A stretch of 64,000 bases of DNA from Treponema sp. (GTDB taxonomy: Bacteria; Spirochaetota; Spirochaetia; Treponematales; Breznakiellaceae): positions 8,885 to 72,884 of the forward strand of contig JAITCL010000119.1 of the NCBI GenBank assembly GCA_031283105.1. Direction: 5' to 3'. Positions 37,198 through 47,239 of this stretch are shown one piece after another. The position numbers and the translations under genes were made by a program. The notes under the pieces are model-generated. The model was given only the letters and a program-made list of their open reading frames with translations. It was not told the DNA's origin and did no database searches. Every line of letters begins with the position of its first letter. Positions within the stretch are counted from its first letter, which is position 1.

Positions 37198-38358
37198 GTG
37201 GGTTTTTCAGGCAAGGAACACGGAGCAGTAAGATACGATTTTATACTTATCGCCATTGTCCTGTTATTGACTTTGCTGGGTCTGGTGATACTGTATTCCG
37301 CTTCTTATTTGTTTGCGTTGAATCAGCCGCAGCGTTTTAACAACGGCTGGGCTCCCCTTACCGGCAATCTTGCCGCCTGCATAATGATGCTTGCCATTTT
37401 TCCCATTTTGGCGCTGGTCAGGATTGAATGGCTGAAAAAAGAATGGATGGTTATCTTTTTGGTGCTGTTCACCATCATTCTGAATATACTGCCGCTTTTA
37501 AGGCCCCTGCGCAGGGATGGCTATGCCATGCGCTGGATTATCATACGGGAAGGCATAGGGTTCCAGCCTTCGGAACTTATCAAGATTGTACTGCCCCTGT
37601 ATCTGGCGTATATTCTTGACAAAAACAACGACAAACTGAATTCGTTTATGTATGGCCCGCTGCCGCCGATAGTGGTAACGGCCCTGTTCTGTACGCTGGT
37701 ATTAATCCAGAGTAATTTTTCCGACGCCGCCCTTATCGCCTTTACCAGCATGATAATTTGTTTTATCGCCGGTATTCGTTTGCGCTGGTTTGTCCTGGCG
37801 CTGGCGGCAATACTGCCCATTATCTACAAATTGACTTTTGGCAATAAAGACGGGCGCTGGTATCAGCGTATTGCCGGCTTTTTTTCCCGTGAGGAATCTC
37901 CGCCTGATTTAAGGACGCAAATTGATTTCAGCCTGGAAGCCATACGGTCAGGCGGCTTTTGGGGAAAGGGTATCGGACAGGGCACGATAAAAGTCAGGGT
38001 GCCGGAAGTTCACGGTGATTTTGTGTTTGCGTCTTTTGTGGAGGAAACGGGATTTCTTGGCGTACTGTTCTACCTTGTCCTTATCGGGGCTTTTGCCGCT
38101 ATAGGCTATATGGTAGCCTGGCGGAATAAAAACCGCTTTATCCAGTTTCTGGCCTTTGGCCTGGTGACTCCGATACTTATTCAGACTTTGTTGAATATTG
38201 CCGTGGTTGCCCGCATTATTCCGACAACGGGGGTTCCCCTGCCGTTTGTTTCATCCGGCGGGACTTCACTGCTGGCAACGCTGGTGAGCGCCGCGCTGCT
38301 TGTCAATATGGCCCGTCAACATATAAACTCTGAGATGGGGGGGGATTATGCTCGGTAA
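37198..38358 (+). CDS. ftsW: SEDS peptidoglycan polymerase FtsW
   Basis: FQPSELIK, PEVHGDFVFA..EETG, PTTGVPLPFVSSGGTS. Confidence 0.92.
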   Translation: MGFSGKEHGAVRYDFILIAIVLLLTLLGLVILYSASYLFALNQPQRFNNGWAPLTGNLAACIMMLAIFPILALVRIEWLKKEWMVIFLVLFTIILNILPLLRPLRRDGYAMRWIIIREGIGFQPSELIKIVLPLYLAYILDKNNDKLNSFMYGPLPPIVVTALFCTLVLIQSNFSDAALIAFTSMIICFIAGIRLRWFVLALAAILPIIYKLTFGNKDGRWYQRIAGFFSREESPPDLRTQIDFSLEAIRSGGFWGKGIGQGTIKVRVPEVHGDFVFASFVEETGFLGVLFYLVLIGAFAAIGYMVAWRNKNRFIQFLAFGLVTPILIQTLLNIAVVARIIPTTGVPLPFVSSGGTSLLATLVSAALLVNMARQHINSEMGGDYAR

Positions 38359-39190
38359 TTTTATCTATTCCGCGGAGGTCAGCGACGCGGCGGTCAGGTA
38401 CGCCGCTCCCCGGAAATTTGAAAAAGCAGTCAGGCGTTTTTTAACGCTCGCGGTAATTTTTGTTACCGGCGGGGTTATCTGGATTTTCTGTATCAGTCCC
38501 TGCATGGTGCCGGTAAAGGCGGAAGTAAAAAGTTTCCCCGGATTTGGCAGGGCGGATGTATTGAACATTGCCGGCATAGACGGCGGCGCCGTTTATATTT
38601 CAGTTAACGCGGGGGAAGTGGAACGGCGGCTTGCCGAATATTACCTCGTGGAGTCGGCAAAAGTCGTCAAGCGTTTTCCCGACCGTCTTTCCATTTTCCT
38701 TGAGCCCCGGCGGGCGGTTGCCGTCGTTTTTGCCCGAATCAACGGCAGAGTAAAGCCGGTGTATTTTGACCGTTACGGCGTGGCGATTGGAATGGGGAGC
38801 GGGGCAGGGGATATTCCGGCGTGGCTGCCCGTTGTTTCGGGGGTTCTTGATGATAACAGGCCGGTAAAACCGGGATCAAAAATTTCCGCCGCTTATCTGT
38901 CCCTGTTTACGCGTATAGGGGCAATCAGCGATGAAGACCCGAAAATCTGGCAGGCAATCTCTGAAATAGGGATAGCGAAAAAAGACAATGATCTGTATGA
39001 CCTGATACTGTATCCGGTTCATGATCCCATAAAACTCAAGATGAGAAGCGATATAAGCAAGGACAGTATTTATTACGCGCTGTTGATGTTTGACGTGTGC
39101 CGTCAATTCGGAGATGCAATGCCCAGCGAGATCGACGTACAGTCGGGTATCGGTATAGTTAACGCCGTGGAGGCCAGCTATGGTAAATGA
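38348..39190 (+). CDS. ftsQ: Cell division protein FtsQ
   Basis: TM segment plus POTRA domain (VESAKVVKRFPDRLSIFLEPR); lies between ftsW and ftsA. Confidence 0.85.
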   Translation: MLGNFIYSAEVSDAAVRYAAPRKFEKAVRRFLTLAVIFVTGGVIWIFCISPCMVPVKAEVKSFPGFGRADVLNIAGIDGGAVYISVNAGEVERRLAEYYLVESAKVVKRFPDRLSIFLEPRRAVAVVFARINGRVKPVYFDRYGVAIGMGSGAGDIPAWLPVVSGVLDDNRPVKPGSKISAAYLSLFTRIGAISDEDPKIWQAISEIGIAKKDNDLYDLILYPVHDPIKLKMRSDISKDSIYYALLMFDVCRQFGDAMPSEIDVQSGIGIVNAVEASYGK

Positions 39191-40463
39191 AGATTTGGTT
39201 GTCGGCCTCGACATAGGAACGACAAAGGTATGCGTGGTTATTGCCGAGCGTAACGAAAGGGGTATTCTCGAAATAACCGGCGTGGGTTTAAGCCCTTCCA
39301 CAGGGATGAGAAAAGGGGTGGTGGTCAACATTGAGGCTGTCATCAAGTCAATCGTTGAAGCGATTGAGGCCGCGGAGATGATGAGCGGACGGGAGGTAAG
39401 CTCCTGCTGGACCGGCATTGGCGGCAGCCATATCGAGGGGATTAATTCGCGGGGCGTTGTGGCGATTGCCGGACAGAAGCGGGAAAACCGCGAAATAAGC
39501 AAAGATGACATGACCCGCGTTATTGAAGCGGCGCGGGCCGTGGTGATTCCCCTTGACCGCCAGATTATTCAGACAATACCCCAGTCTTATACCGTCGATG
39601 ACCACCCCGGCATCAAAGACCCCTTGGGCATGATTGGAGTCCGTTTGGAAAGCGAGGTGCATATCTGTACCGTGTCTGCGACCAGCGCGGAGAACCTGCT
39701 GCGCTGCGTTAACCGGGCGGGCTTTAAGGCAAATAATTCCCTGTTGTTATTGCAGGTTCTGGCCGCCGGACGCGCCGTGCTGACCCCGGAAGAACGGGAT
39801 TTGGGCGTCGCCCTGCTCGATTTGGGCGGCGGCACAACCGACGTGCTGGTATACTATGACGGCGCTCCCTATTCAACCTTTACCATACCGGTTGGCGGCG
39901 TTGAAGTTACCCGTGATATTTCCACCATCAAAAGCATTTCCATTGAAGTTGCGGAAAAAATAAAACAGGAATCGGCGTGTTGCTGGGAGCCCCTGCTGGA
40001 ATACGATGAAGATATTCTGGTGCCCGGCATGGGGGGACGCCCCCCTCTGGCGATACCCCGCTCGCATATTTATGCCATCGTCAGGCCGCGCATGGAGGAA
40101 ATTTTTGATCTGGTTAAACAAAAACTGGATTGCCTCGGCCTGCCCCGGCCTTTAAGCGGAGGTATCGTGATTACCGGCGGCGGCGCGGCGTTGACCGGCG
40201 CGGTGGAACTGGCGGGCGAAATCTTTAAGATGCCGGTGCGTCTGGGTATGCCCATTCGTTTTGCAAATCTGGGAGGTTTAATAGATGAATACCGCGCCCC
40301 TGTGTACGCTACCGCCATAGGCCTGGCGCTGGAAGGCGACAAACGGGAAACCGATGAAACCGCCGAACGGGAACCTTCCCTGCGGCCGCTTTTGTCAGCC
40401 AAAAAAAACGCGCCGGGCTTGTGGGGACGGCTGAAAAACTGGATGCAGGATGGCCTTTTTTAG
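39180..40463 (+). CDS. ftsA: Cell division protein FtsA
   Basis: GLDIGTTKV, DLGGGTTD, VITGGGA, C-terminal amphipathic helix. Confidence 0.96.
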   Translation: MVNEDLVVGLDIGTTKVCVVIAERNERGILEITGVGLSPSTGMRKGVVVNIEAVIKSIVEAIEAAEMMSGREVSSCWTGIGGSHIEGINSRGVVAIAGQKRENREISKDDMTRVIEAARAVVIPLDRQIIQTIPQSYTVDDHPGIKDPLGMIGVRLESEVHICTVSATSAENLLRCVNRAGFKANNSLLLLQVLAAGRAVLTPEERDLGVALLDLGGGTTDVLVYYDGAPYSTFTIPVGGVEVTRDISTIKSISIEVAEKIKQESACCWEPLLEYDEDILVPGMGGRPPLAIPRSHIYAIVRPRMEEIFDLVKQKLDCLGLPRPLSGGIVITGGGAALTGAVELAGEIFKMPVRLGMPIRFANLGGLIDEYRAPVYATAIGLALEGDKRETDETAEREPSLRPLLSAKKNAPGLWGRLKNWMQDGLF

Positions 40464-40483
40464 GGACATTACCTATAAATCAA

Positions 40484-40544
40484 GGTATCTGCCATTAAAA
40501 CGGCAGATACCAACACGATAAGCGGCATTAAAACGCCGCTTATC
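40484..40544. repeat. Twin hairpins with identical ATTAAAAC loops between ftsA and ftsZ
   Basis: ggtatctgcc-attaaaac-ggcagatacc and gataagcggc-attaaaac-gccgcttatc. Confidence 0.8.
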
Positions 40545-40569
40545 TCCAACTATTATTGAGGAGGGGAAA

Positions 40570-41814
40570 ATGGATATTATTTCAGTTAACGAATTCGAGT
40601 CAACGGAAAATGGTACGTCTCAAGAATTGCGTCCTTCGGCAATCATCAAGGTTGTCGGCTGCGGCGGCGGCGGAACAAACGCGGTGAACCATATGATTGA
40701 ATGCGGGCTTTCCGGGGTGCAATTTATTGCGGTAAATACGGACAAGGATCATTTGAAAGACGTAAGCAAGGCCGAAACCAAACTGCAAATTGGCAGTAAA
40801 CTTACCGGCGGCTTGGGAGCCGGCGGCGTGCCTGAAAAAGGAGAAGACGCCGCCAATGAGGATCATGAATTGATCAGCAAAAATTTGCACGGCGCCCACA
40901 TGGTGTTTGTTACTACCGGCATGGGCGGCGGCACCGGCACCGGTTCCGCTCCGGTTATTGCCAAAATCGCGAAAGATCAGGGAGCGCTGACAGTCGGCGT
41001 TGTCACCAAACCCTTTAGCTTTGAAGCCCCCAAAAAAATGAAAATCGCCGAAGCGGGAATTAAAAAATTACGCGAAGCGGTTGACAGTTTAATCGTGATT
41101 CCCAATGAGAATCTTTTCAAAATAGTAGACCGAAAAACGTCCATCCCGATGGCGTTCAGTTACGCAAATGATGTTTTACTCCAGGCGGTTCAGGGTATTT
41201 CCGATTTGATTACCAAGACGGGTTTGGTTAATACCGATTTTGCCGACGTTGAGTCAACCATGAAGGGACAGGGCGACGCCTTAATGGGAATAGGAACGGG
41301 CAGCGGGGATAACCGCGCGAAAGACGCGGCGGAAAGAGCCATTGCAAATCCCCTTTTGGAAGATATCAATATTGAAGGGGCAAGCCGCCTCTTGATTAAT
41401 ATTTCCGATCCGGGTGACATTTCTCTGGTTGAAGTTGCTGAGATAATGAATACCATAAAAGCAAATGCCGACCCGGACGTTGAACTTATCTACGGCATCA
41501 TTACCGATACGGAGTTAGGTGAAAGCGTCAAGGTAACGGTTATTGCCACCGGATTCAAAGACCGGAGCGTTGCGGCGGCGCGGGGCGAGGAGACGGAGAA
41601 AAAACCGGATACCGCGGGTATGGTCATCGACCTCAAGCGTTTTGATGAAATGCGGGGCATGCGGGAAAAACGCTACAACGACGGTTATGTCGGCATTATC
41701 AAGAACAGGGATTACCATGAAAATCTGGAAGTCCCCACGGCGATACGGAAATATAATCCCGAACTGGACGACCGTTATACCGGCAAGGCCGCGTCCGGCG
41801 GAAAGGACGCGTAA
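40570..41814 (+). CDS. ftsZ: Cell division protein FtsZ
   Basis: [29 protein letters not shown]-terminal LEVPTAIR. Confidence 0.97.
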   Translation: MDIISVNEFESTENGTSQELRPSAIIKVVGCGGGGTNAVNHMIECGLSGVQFIAVNTDKDHLKDVSKAETKLQIGSKLTGGLGAGGVPEKGEDAANEDHELISKNLHGAHMVFVTTGMGGGTGTGSAPVIAKIAKDQGALTVGVVTKPFSFEAPKKMKIAEAGIKKLREAVDSLIVIPNENLFKIVDRKTSIPMAFSYANDVLLQAVQGISDLITKTGLVNTDFADVESTMKGQGDALMGIGTGSGDNRAKDAAERAIANPLLEDINIEGASRLLINISDPGDISLVEVAEIMNTIKANADPDVELIYGIITDTELGESVKVTVIATGFKDRSVAAARGEETEKKPDTAGMVIDLKRFDEMRGMREKRYNDGYVGIIKNRDYHENLEVPTAIRKYNPELDDRYTGKAASGGKDA

Positions 41815-41820
41815 CACCCG

Positions 41821-42774
41821 ATGTCTGAAGCGGAAAGACCTGCGCTTGTGGAACAATTTTGCGCGCGGCTTGCGGCAGTGGAACGCCGCTCGCCTTTGAC
41901 TGTTTCTACCTATGGCCTGGAACTGCGTCATTTTTTTGACTATGTCCAGGCCAATGGCATGGACATAAAAACAGTCGGCGCGGACAAAATTACCGCGTAT
42001 CTGGAATGGCGCAGGGCAGAGCAGGGCATTGACTCCCGTTCGGCGGCAAAAATTATTTCCTGTCTGCGTTCTTTTTTTCGTTTTGCCGCGGGCGAAGGCA
42101 TCCGCATTGATAACCCGGCGGCTCTTTTGGAAAGTCCGCGGCGGCGTTTTCGGCTTCCGCAAACGATGGATAGGGAAACAGTTGAGCGGCTTTTGGCGGC
42201 GATGGATTCAAATGGCCCGCTGGGGCTGCGCAACCGCGCGTTATTTGAAATGATTTATTCAGCGGGTTTAAGAATATCCGAAGCGGCGGGATTGAATGTA
42301 CGCGACATTGATTTTAAGGAAGGGATCGCGCGGGTCAAGGGAAAGGGGAGCAGGGAACGGCTTGTTATTTTTGGCTCCGAGGCGGCTGCATGGCTGAAAC
42401 GTTACCTTGAAGAATCACGGCCAATTCTCGCTGAGGGGGGCGGGCGCGGCCCCGCCCTGTTTGTCGGCAGAAGTGGCAGACGGCTTTCACGCAAGGGGAT
42501 ATGGAAAAACTATGCGCGTTATGCGGCGCTTGCGGGAACAGGCTCCCGCGTTCATACGCTCAGGCACAGTTTTGCCACCGGCCTTTTGCGGGGCGGGGCT
42601 GACCTCAGAACGGTACAGGCGCTGCTCGGTCATGCCAACCTTGCCACAACCCAGATTTACACCCATGTGGACGCGGGTTTGCTGCAGGAGAGCCACCGTA
42701 AGTATCTGCCCGTGCTGGGGCGCGTTCCGGGGCGGCGGCTTGCGGTCAAAGAGGAAGACGGAGGGGAACGGTGA
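41821..42774 (+). CDS. xerD: Tyrosine recombinase XerD
   Basis: YSAGLRISE, GKGSRER, HTLRHSFAT, LLGHANLATTQIYTH; follows ftsZ. Confidence 0.85.
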   Translation: MSEAERPALVEQFCARLAAVERRSPLTVSTYGLELRHFFDYVQANGMDIKTVGADKITAYLEWRRAEQGIDSRSAAKIISCLRSFFRFAAGEGIRIDNPAALLESPRRRFRLPQTMDRETVERLLAAMDSNGPLGLRNRALFEMIYSAGLRISEAAGLNVRDIDFKEGIARVKGKGSRERLVIFGSEAAAWLKRYLEESRPILAEGGGRGPALFVGRSGRRLSRKGIWKNYARYAALAGTGSRVHTLRHSFATGLLRGGADLRTVQALLGHANLATTQIYTHVDAGLLQESHRKYLPVLGRVPGRRLAVKEEDGGER

Positions 42775-43559
42775 ATAACTTAAACAGGCGCATAAAAATT
42801 GTTCAGGCGGTGAAAAAATTTAAAGAGGCAGTTTTAAGCATTTTGGTACTGTCGATCATCGGGTGCACCATAGTATGGCTGTACCGTTATGAGAAAAGCA
42901 AAGTCCACACTGATCTGGCAAAACGCATTGCGGAGTTGAGTCCGCGGGGAGGGCCCCCTGAAACTATTGACGGCTTAAAAGCGGCGATTGCCGCTTACGA
43001 AAAGCAGATTGAGTTAAATGTAAAAGAAGGCGCCCAGACCGGCGTATACTGGAAAATACTGGCGATAAGGCTTGCCGACAAGGGAATGCACCGCGACGCC
43101 CTTGACGCTTTTGAACGGGCGCTTTATTTCAAAGGCGATGACCCCACGCTGTTGTACCTGACCGGAGAATCCGCATCGGCTACAGCCGCGTCAGCCCTGG
43201 ATTTTTCGGGCAATTCCGGCGCTGAAAGGCAGCGTTTTCAGAATCTTGCCGAATCGGCGTATTTGCGCTCGATTCAGTTAGACGCAACGTATGCCAAACC
43301 CCGGCTGGGTTTGGGCATTCTGTACACCTTCGAGATGAACCGCCCGGCGCAGGCGATTCCCCATCTGGAACGCTACCGGGAACTTATGGCAAAAGACCTC
43401 AAGGGAATGTTTGCTTTGGCGCGGGCATACTACATGACGGAAAGCTACGACCGCGCCATTGAATTGTACGATCTGATTATCTCCCAAAGCAAAGACCCGA
43501 AAGTAAGGGCGGAAGCGCAAAATAACAAGGAAATTATCAGGGATTTAATATATGGATGA
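42771..43559 (+). CDS. Membrane-anchored TPR protein
   Basis: N-terminal TM segment and TPR helices (ALARAYYMTESYDRAIELY). Confidence 0.8.
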   Translation: MNNLNRRIKIVQAVKKFKEAVLSILVLSIIGCTIVWLYRYEKSKVHTDLAKRIAELSPRGGPPETIDGLKAAIAAYEKQIELNVKEGAQTGVYWKILAIRLADKGMHRDALDAFERALYFKGDDPTLLYLTGESASATAASALDFSGNSGAERQRFQNLAESAYLRSIQLDATYAKPRLGLGILYTFEMNRPAQAIPHLERYRELMAKDLKGMFALARAYYMTESYDRAIELYDLIISQSKDPKVRAEAQNNKEIIRDLIYG

Positions 43560-44490
43560 ACGCGGACTTTTGGATTTAATGCTGTCCCGTCTCGGCGAAC
43601 TTTCGCAAAAGGAGAAACTTCTCCTGTGCGAATCGTTTAACACGGAACAGGATTTAATTCAAAAATCCAAAACGGATATAGAAGCGATTATCGGTCATGA
43701 ACTTGCCGCTTTTTGGAAAATTGATTCAATGCGCAGACTGGCGGAGCGTGACGCGGCGGCGGCCCGCATAAGGGGAATAAATTGGGTCTCGTGGCACAGC
43801 CCCGCGTATCCGCCCCTGCTAAGGGAAATATATGATCCGCCGATACTGCTGTTTTTTAAGGGGGCGCTCCCCAATCCTGAAGCGCCCCTTGCCGCCGTGG
43901 TGGGAACGAGGAAGCCCGGCGCCCAGGCGGCGGCGCAGGCATTCGACATTACGAAAGGTCTGGCGCGGGGCGGCATTTCCGTTGTGTCCGGTCTTGCCTT
44001 CGGCATTGACGCGATGGCCCACCGGGGGAATATTGAAGGCGGCGCACCCACCGTTGCGGTACTGGGATCGGGGGTCGATGAAGTGTACCCCTCATCAAAC
44101 CGGCCGCTTGCCCGGCGGATACTGGAAACCGGCGGGGCGTTGCTGTCCGAGTACCCCCCCGGCACTACTCCGCGCAAATGGAATTTCCCCGCCCGCAACC
44201 GGATTATTGCCGGCCTTGCCCGCGGCGTGTTAATTGTTGAAGCGCCGCAAAAATCCGGCGCGTTGATTACCGCCCGCTTTGCCCTGGATTACAACCGGGA
44301 ACTGTGGGTTGCCTCCGCCGGAATCGCCGAAGCAGCCGAAGGGCGGCGGAGTGTTGACCGGAGGGGAACGGTAAAATTGGCCGGGGAAGGGGCGGGAATA
44401 ATACATTCCGCCGCTGATATATTGCGGGCATGGAACAGGGAAACTACCGTCTCTGAACCGGAGGAGGTATCAACGTGTGCGCTAATATAA
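43552..44490 (+). CDS. dprA: DNA-processing protein DprA
   Basis: YPPLLREIYDPP, VSGLAFGIDAMAH, FPARNRIIAGL, SGALITA. Confidence 0.95.
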   Translation: MDERGLLDLMLSRLGELSQKEKLLLCESFNTEQDLIQKSKTDIEAIIGHELAAFWKIDSMRRLAERDAAAARIRGINWVSWHSPAYPPLLREIYDPPILLFFKGALPNPEAPLAAVVGTRKPGAQAAAQAFDITKGLARGGISVVSGLAFGIDAMAHRGNIEGGAPTVAVLGSGVDEVYPSSNRPLARRILETGGALLSEYPPGTTPRKWNFPARNRIIAGLARGVLIVEAPQKSGALITARFALDYNRELWVASAGIAEAAEGRRSVDRRGTVKLAGEGAGIIHSAADILRAWNRETTVSEPEEVSTCALI

Positions 44491-44500
44491 TTCCCAATAC

Positions 44501-44780
44501 CTCTCACAAAGGCACAGGAGTCTGTAGAAAAAATATTTTTTTTGAAGACTTCACACGGTGGCACGGCGGGCACGGAGGCACAGAGGGAAGAATGAGGTAT
44601 TGTCGTATCAAGTTCATTCGTATACTTCTCATATCTCTTTCCTTTCTTCCTCCGTGCCGCTGTGTCCGCTGTGTGAACCTCTTCTCCGAGGTTTTCCTAC
44701 AGACTCCAGAGGCACAAAGGAAAGACGAAGGATTTACGGATTCCGCGTCTTCCTCCGTGCCTTTGTGTCTCCGTGTGAGG
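44501..44780. repeat. Nested nonamer palindromic repeats (one element inside another)
   Basis: Outer ctcacaaaggcaca..gaggcacaaagg..cctttgtgtctccgtgtgag is interrupted by an IR unit ggagtctgtag...ctacagactcc that itself contains ttcacacgg..gtgtgaa arms. Confidence 0.7.
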
Positions 44781-44817
44781 TCTTTTGGGGGTGAATTATT
44801 ATTCATAAGGATTCAAC

Positions 44818-47097
44818 ATGGCAGTTAAAACGGTAAAAAAAGCGTCCGCCGCAAAAAACAGCGCCGCCTCCAAAGGCAGTACTGTCAAGAAAGGCAGCGC
44901 CGTTAAAAAAAGCGCCCCTGCGCAAAAAAGCGTCTCTGTCAAAAAGGGCAGTCCCGCGCCCAAAAATATTTCCGCCCCTCAAGGCGAGACAAGTCCCGGC
45001 AAGCGCGTTCTGGTCATTGTAGAATCCCCGACCAAGGCGGCGTCTTTTGAAAAATATCTGGGCCCCAATTACACCGTTAAAGCGTCTATGGGCCATTTGA
45101 TTGATCTTCCCAAATCGCGCACCGGCGTTGACACGGAACATGATTTTACGCCTGAGTATATCACCGTCCGCGGGCGGGCGAAGATTCTGAAAGAACTGAT
45201 CACAGAGGCAAAGAAGGCGGAGATGGTGCTGCTGGCAAGCGACCCCGACCGCGAGGGCGAGGCAATCGCGTGGCATCTGAAAAACGCCATTTTGTCAAAA
45301 CTGGAAACCAGATCGGTTCAACGAATCAGTTTTAACGAAGTGACCCCTCTGGCCATTAAAGAGGCGGTGGCGAATCCCCGCCCCATTGACGAAGCCCTGG
45401 TTGAATCGCAAAAAGCCCGCAGGGTGCTGGACAGGCTGGTTGGGTACAGCCTTTCGCCGCTGCTGTGGAAGAAAGTGAAAAACGGCCTTTCCGCCGGCAG
45501 GGTGCAGTCCGTTGCCCTCCGCCTTATCTGCGAGCGTGAAAAAGAAGTTGAATCTTTTATCCCCGAAGAATACTGGACGCTGGACGCGGATTTTTTAATC
45601 GGCAAGTCGCTCTTTACCGCCCAACTGGTTAAATGGAAAGGCGGCAAACCGGAACTGCCCCACGAGGCGGAGGTTCAGGCGATTATCGCCGCCCTTTCCG
45701 GTTCTGATTGCGCGGTCAGCGACATCAAAGAAATTGACAAGACCATCAAGCCCAAACCGCCTTTTATTACTTCGGAGATGCAAAAGACCGCCGCAAACCG
45801 GCTGGGTTTTACCGCGCGGAAAACCATGCAGGTAGCCCAGCAGTTGTACGAAGGGATAAACATCGGCAATACCCGCGTGGGCCTTATTTCCTATATGCGT
45901 ACCGACTCGGTGCGGGTATCGCCTACCGCTCTTGAAGAAGTGCGGGAATGGATCGGCAAGAATTACCCCAAAGGGCTTCCCGAAAAACCGCTGATGTATA
46001 CGTCGGGGGGAAAGGCCCAGGATGCCCACGAGGCGATACGTCCGACCTATGTCAGCTATACCCCCGATTATGTCACGCAGTACCTGAACCGCGACCAACT
46101 CAGGCTCTACACGATTATATGGGAACGTTTTGTATCCAGCCAGATGACCAGCGCCAAAACGCGCACCGTCAGCGCCGAGATACGTGCCATTGCTCCTAAC
46201 GGCGATGAAGCTATTTTCCGCATCGCGGGAACAAAAGTAATTGAAAAAGGTTTTTATCAGGTAATCAAACTGCTCTCTTCAAAAGAAGAGAAGGGGAATC
46301 CCTATCCTCCGCTGAAAGCCGGCGACAAGGTAAAGGCGGAAAAATTTCACCCGGAACAGCATTTTACCCAGGGCCCCCCCCGCTATACCGAGGCTTCCAT
46401 TATCGACATTCTGCGGGAGAAGGACATTGGCAGGCCCTCGACCTATGCGCCGATTATTTCGGTGCTGCTGGAACGCTACTATGTTACCCGCTCGAACAAG
46501 CAGCTTGTTCCCACCTTGCTGGGAAAAATGATCAACGATGTGTTAGTCGAATATTTTCCCCAGTATGTTGATACCGCTTTTACCGCTTCGATGGAAACCA
46601 AACTTGACCAGGTAGAGGAAAGCCGGTTGAAATGGCCGGATATGCTGAGGGAATTTTGGGGGCCGTTCAAGGCGAAGGTTGACGAGGTCGGCAAGACTCT
46701 GGAATCGTTCAAGGGATCGCTTGATGAGCCGACCGATTATGTATGTGAAAAATGCGGCAAGCCTCTGATAAAAAAACTGGGCCGCTTCGGGTTTTTTCTT
46801 GCCTGTACCGGTTTCCCCGAATGCCGCAATACCCGCTCCGTTCCCCTTGCCAAATGCCCCAAATGCGGCGGTGATGTCGTTGCCCGGAAAACCAAAGGCC
46901 GGGGAAAGGAATTTTACGGCTGCACCCGTTACCCCGACTGCGACTTTATCAGCCATTTCAAGCCAATCAAGCAGAATTGTCCCAAGTGCGGCCAATTCAT
47001 GGTGGAAAAATACGACAAGAAAAACGGCAGCCATAAGGCGTGTATTAATCCGCAGTGCGATTATTTGCACAGCGCGGATGAGGAAAGTGAGGAATGA
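44818..47097 (+). CDS. topA: DNA topoisomerase I with Lys/Ala/Ser-rich N-terminal extension
   Basis: LVIVESPTKA, DPDREGEAI, SAGRVQS, catalytic YMRTDS, three C4 zinc ribbons. Confidence 0.97.
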   Translation: MAVKTVKKASAAKNSAASKGSTVKKGSAVKKSAPAQKSVSVKKGSPAPKNISAPQGETSPGKRVLVIVESPTKAASFEKYLGPNYTVKASMGHLIDLPKSRTGVDTEHDFTPEYITVRGRAKILKELITEAKKAEMVLLASDPDREGEAIAWHLKNAILSKLETRSVQRISFNEVTPLAIKEAVANPRPIDEALVESQKARRVLDRLVGYSLSPLLWKKVKNGLSAGRVQSVALRLICEREKEVESFIPEEYWTLDADFLIGKSLFTAQLVKWKGGKPELPHEAEVQAIIAALSGSDCAVSDIKEIDKTIKPKPPFITSEMQKTAANRLGFTARKTMQVAQQLYEGINIGNTRVGLISYMRTDSVRVSPTALEEVREWIGKNYPKGLPEKPLMYTSGGKAQDAHEAIRPTYVSYTPDYVTQYLNRDQLRLYTIIWERFVSSQMTSAKTRTVSAEIRAIAPNGDEAIFRIAGTKVIEKGFYQVIKLLSSKEEKGNPYPPLKAGDKVKAEKFHPEQHFTQGPPRYTEASIIDILREKDIGRPSTYAPIISVLLERYYVTRSNKQLVPTLLGKMINDVLVEYFPQYVDTAFTASMETKLDQVEESRLKWPDMLREFWGPFKAKVDEVGKTLESFKGSLDEPTDYVCEKCGKPLIKKLGRFGFFLACTGFPECRNTRSVPLAKCPKCGGDVVARKTKGRGKEFYGCTRYPDCDFISHFKPIKQNCPKCGQFMVEKYDKKNGSHKACINPQCDYLHSADEESEE

Positions 47098-47113
47098 GGA
47101 ATGAAGAATTTTT

Positions 47114-47200
47114 ACCACGGAGAGTACGGAGAACACGGAGTTTTGATACGACAATCTTTTCTTCCTCCGTGTAACTCCGTGTACTCCGTGGTGAAATTCT
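47114..47200. repeat. Nonamer palindromic repeat upstream of xerC
   Basis: 47134-47192 is the exact reverse complement of 48226-48284. Confidence 0.85.
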
Positions 47201-47239
47201 TGGGGCTGAATTAATCAGTGATTTCTTGGGGAAGAAAGT

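Noticed and set aside
32993-41814. dcw cluster lacking ftsI, murE, murD, murG and murC
   Set aside because: A reduced dcw cluster is usual in spirochaetes
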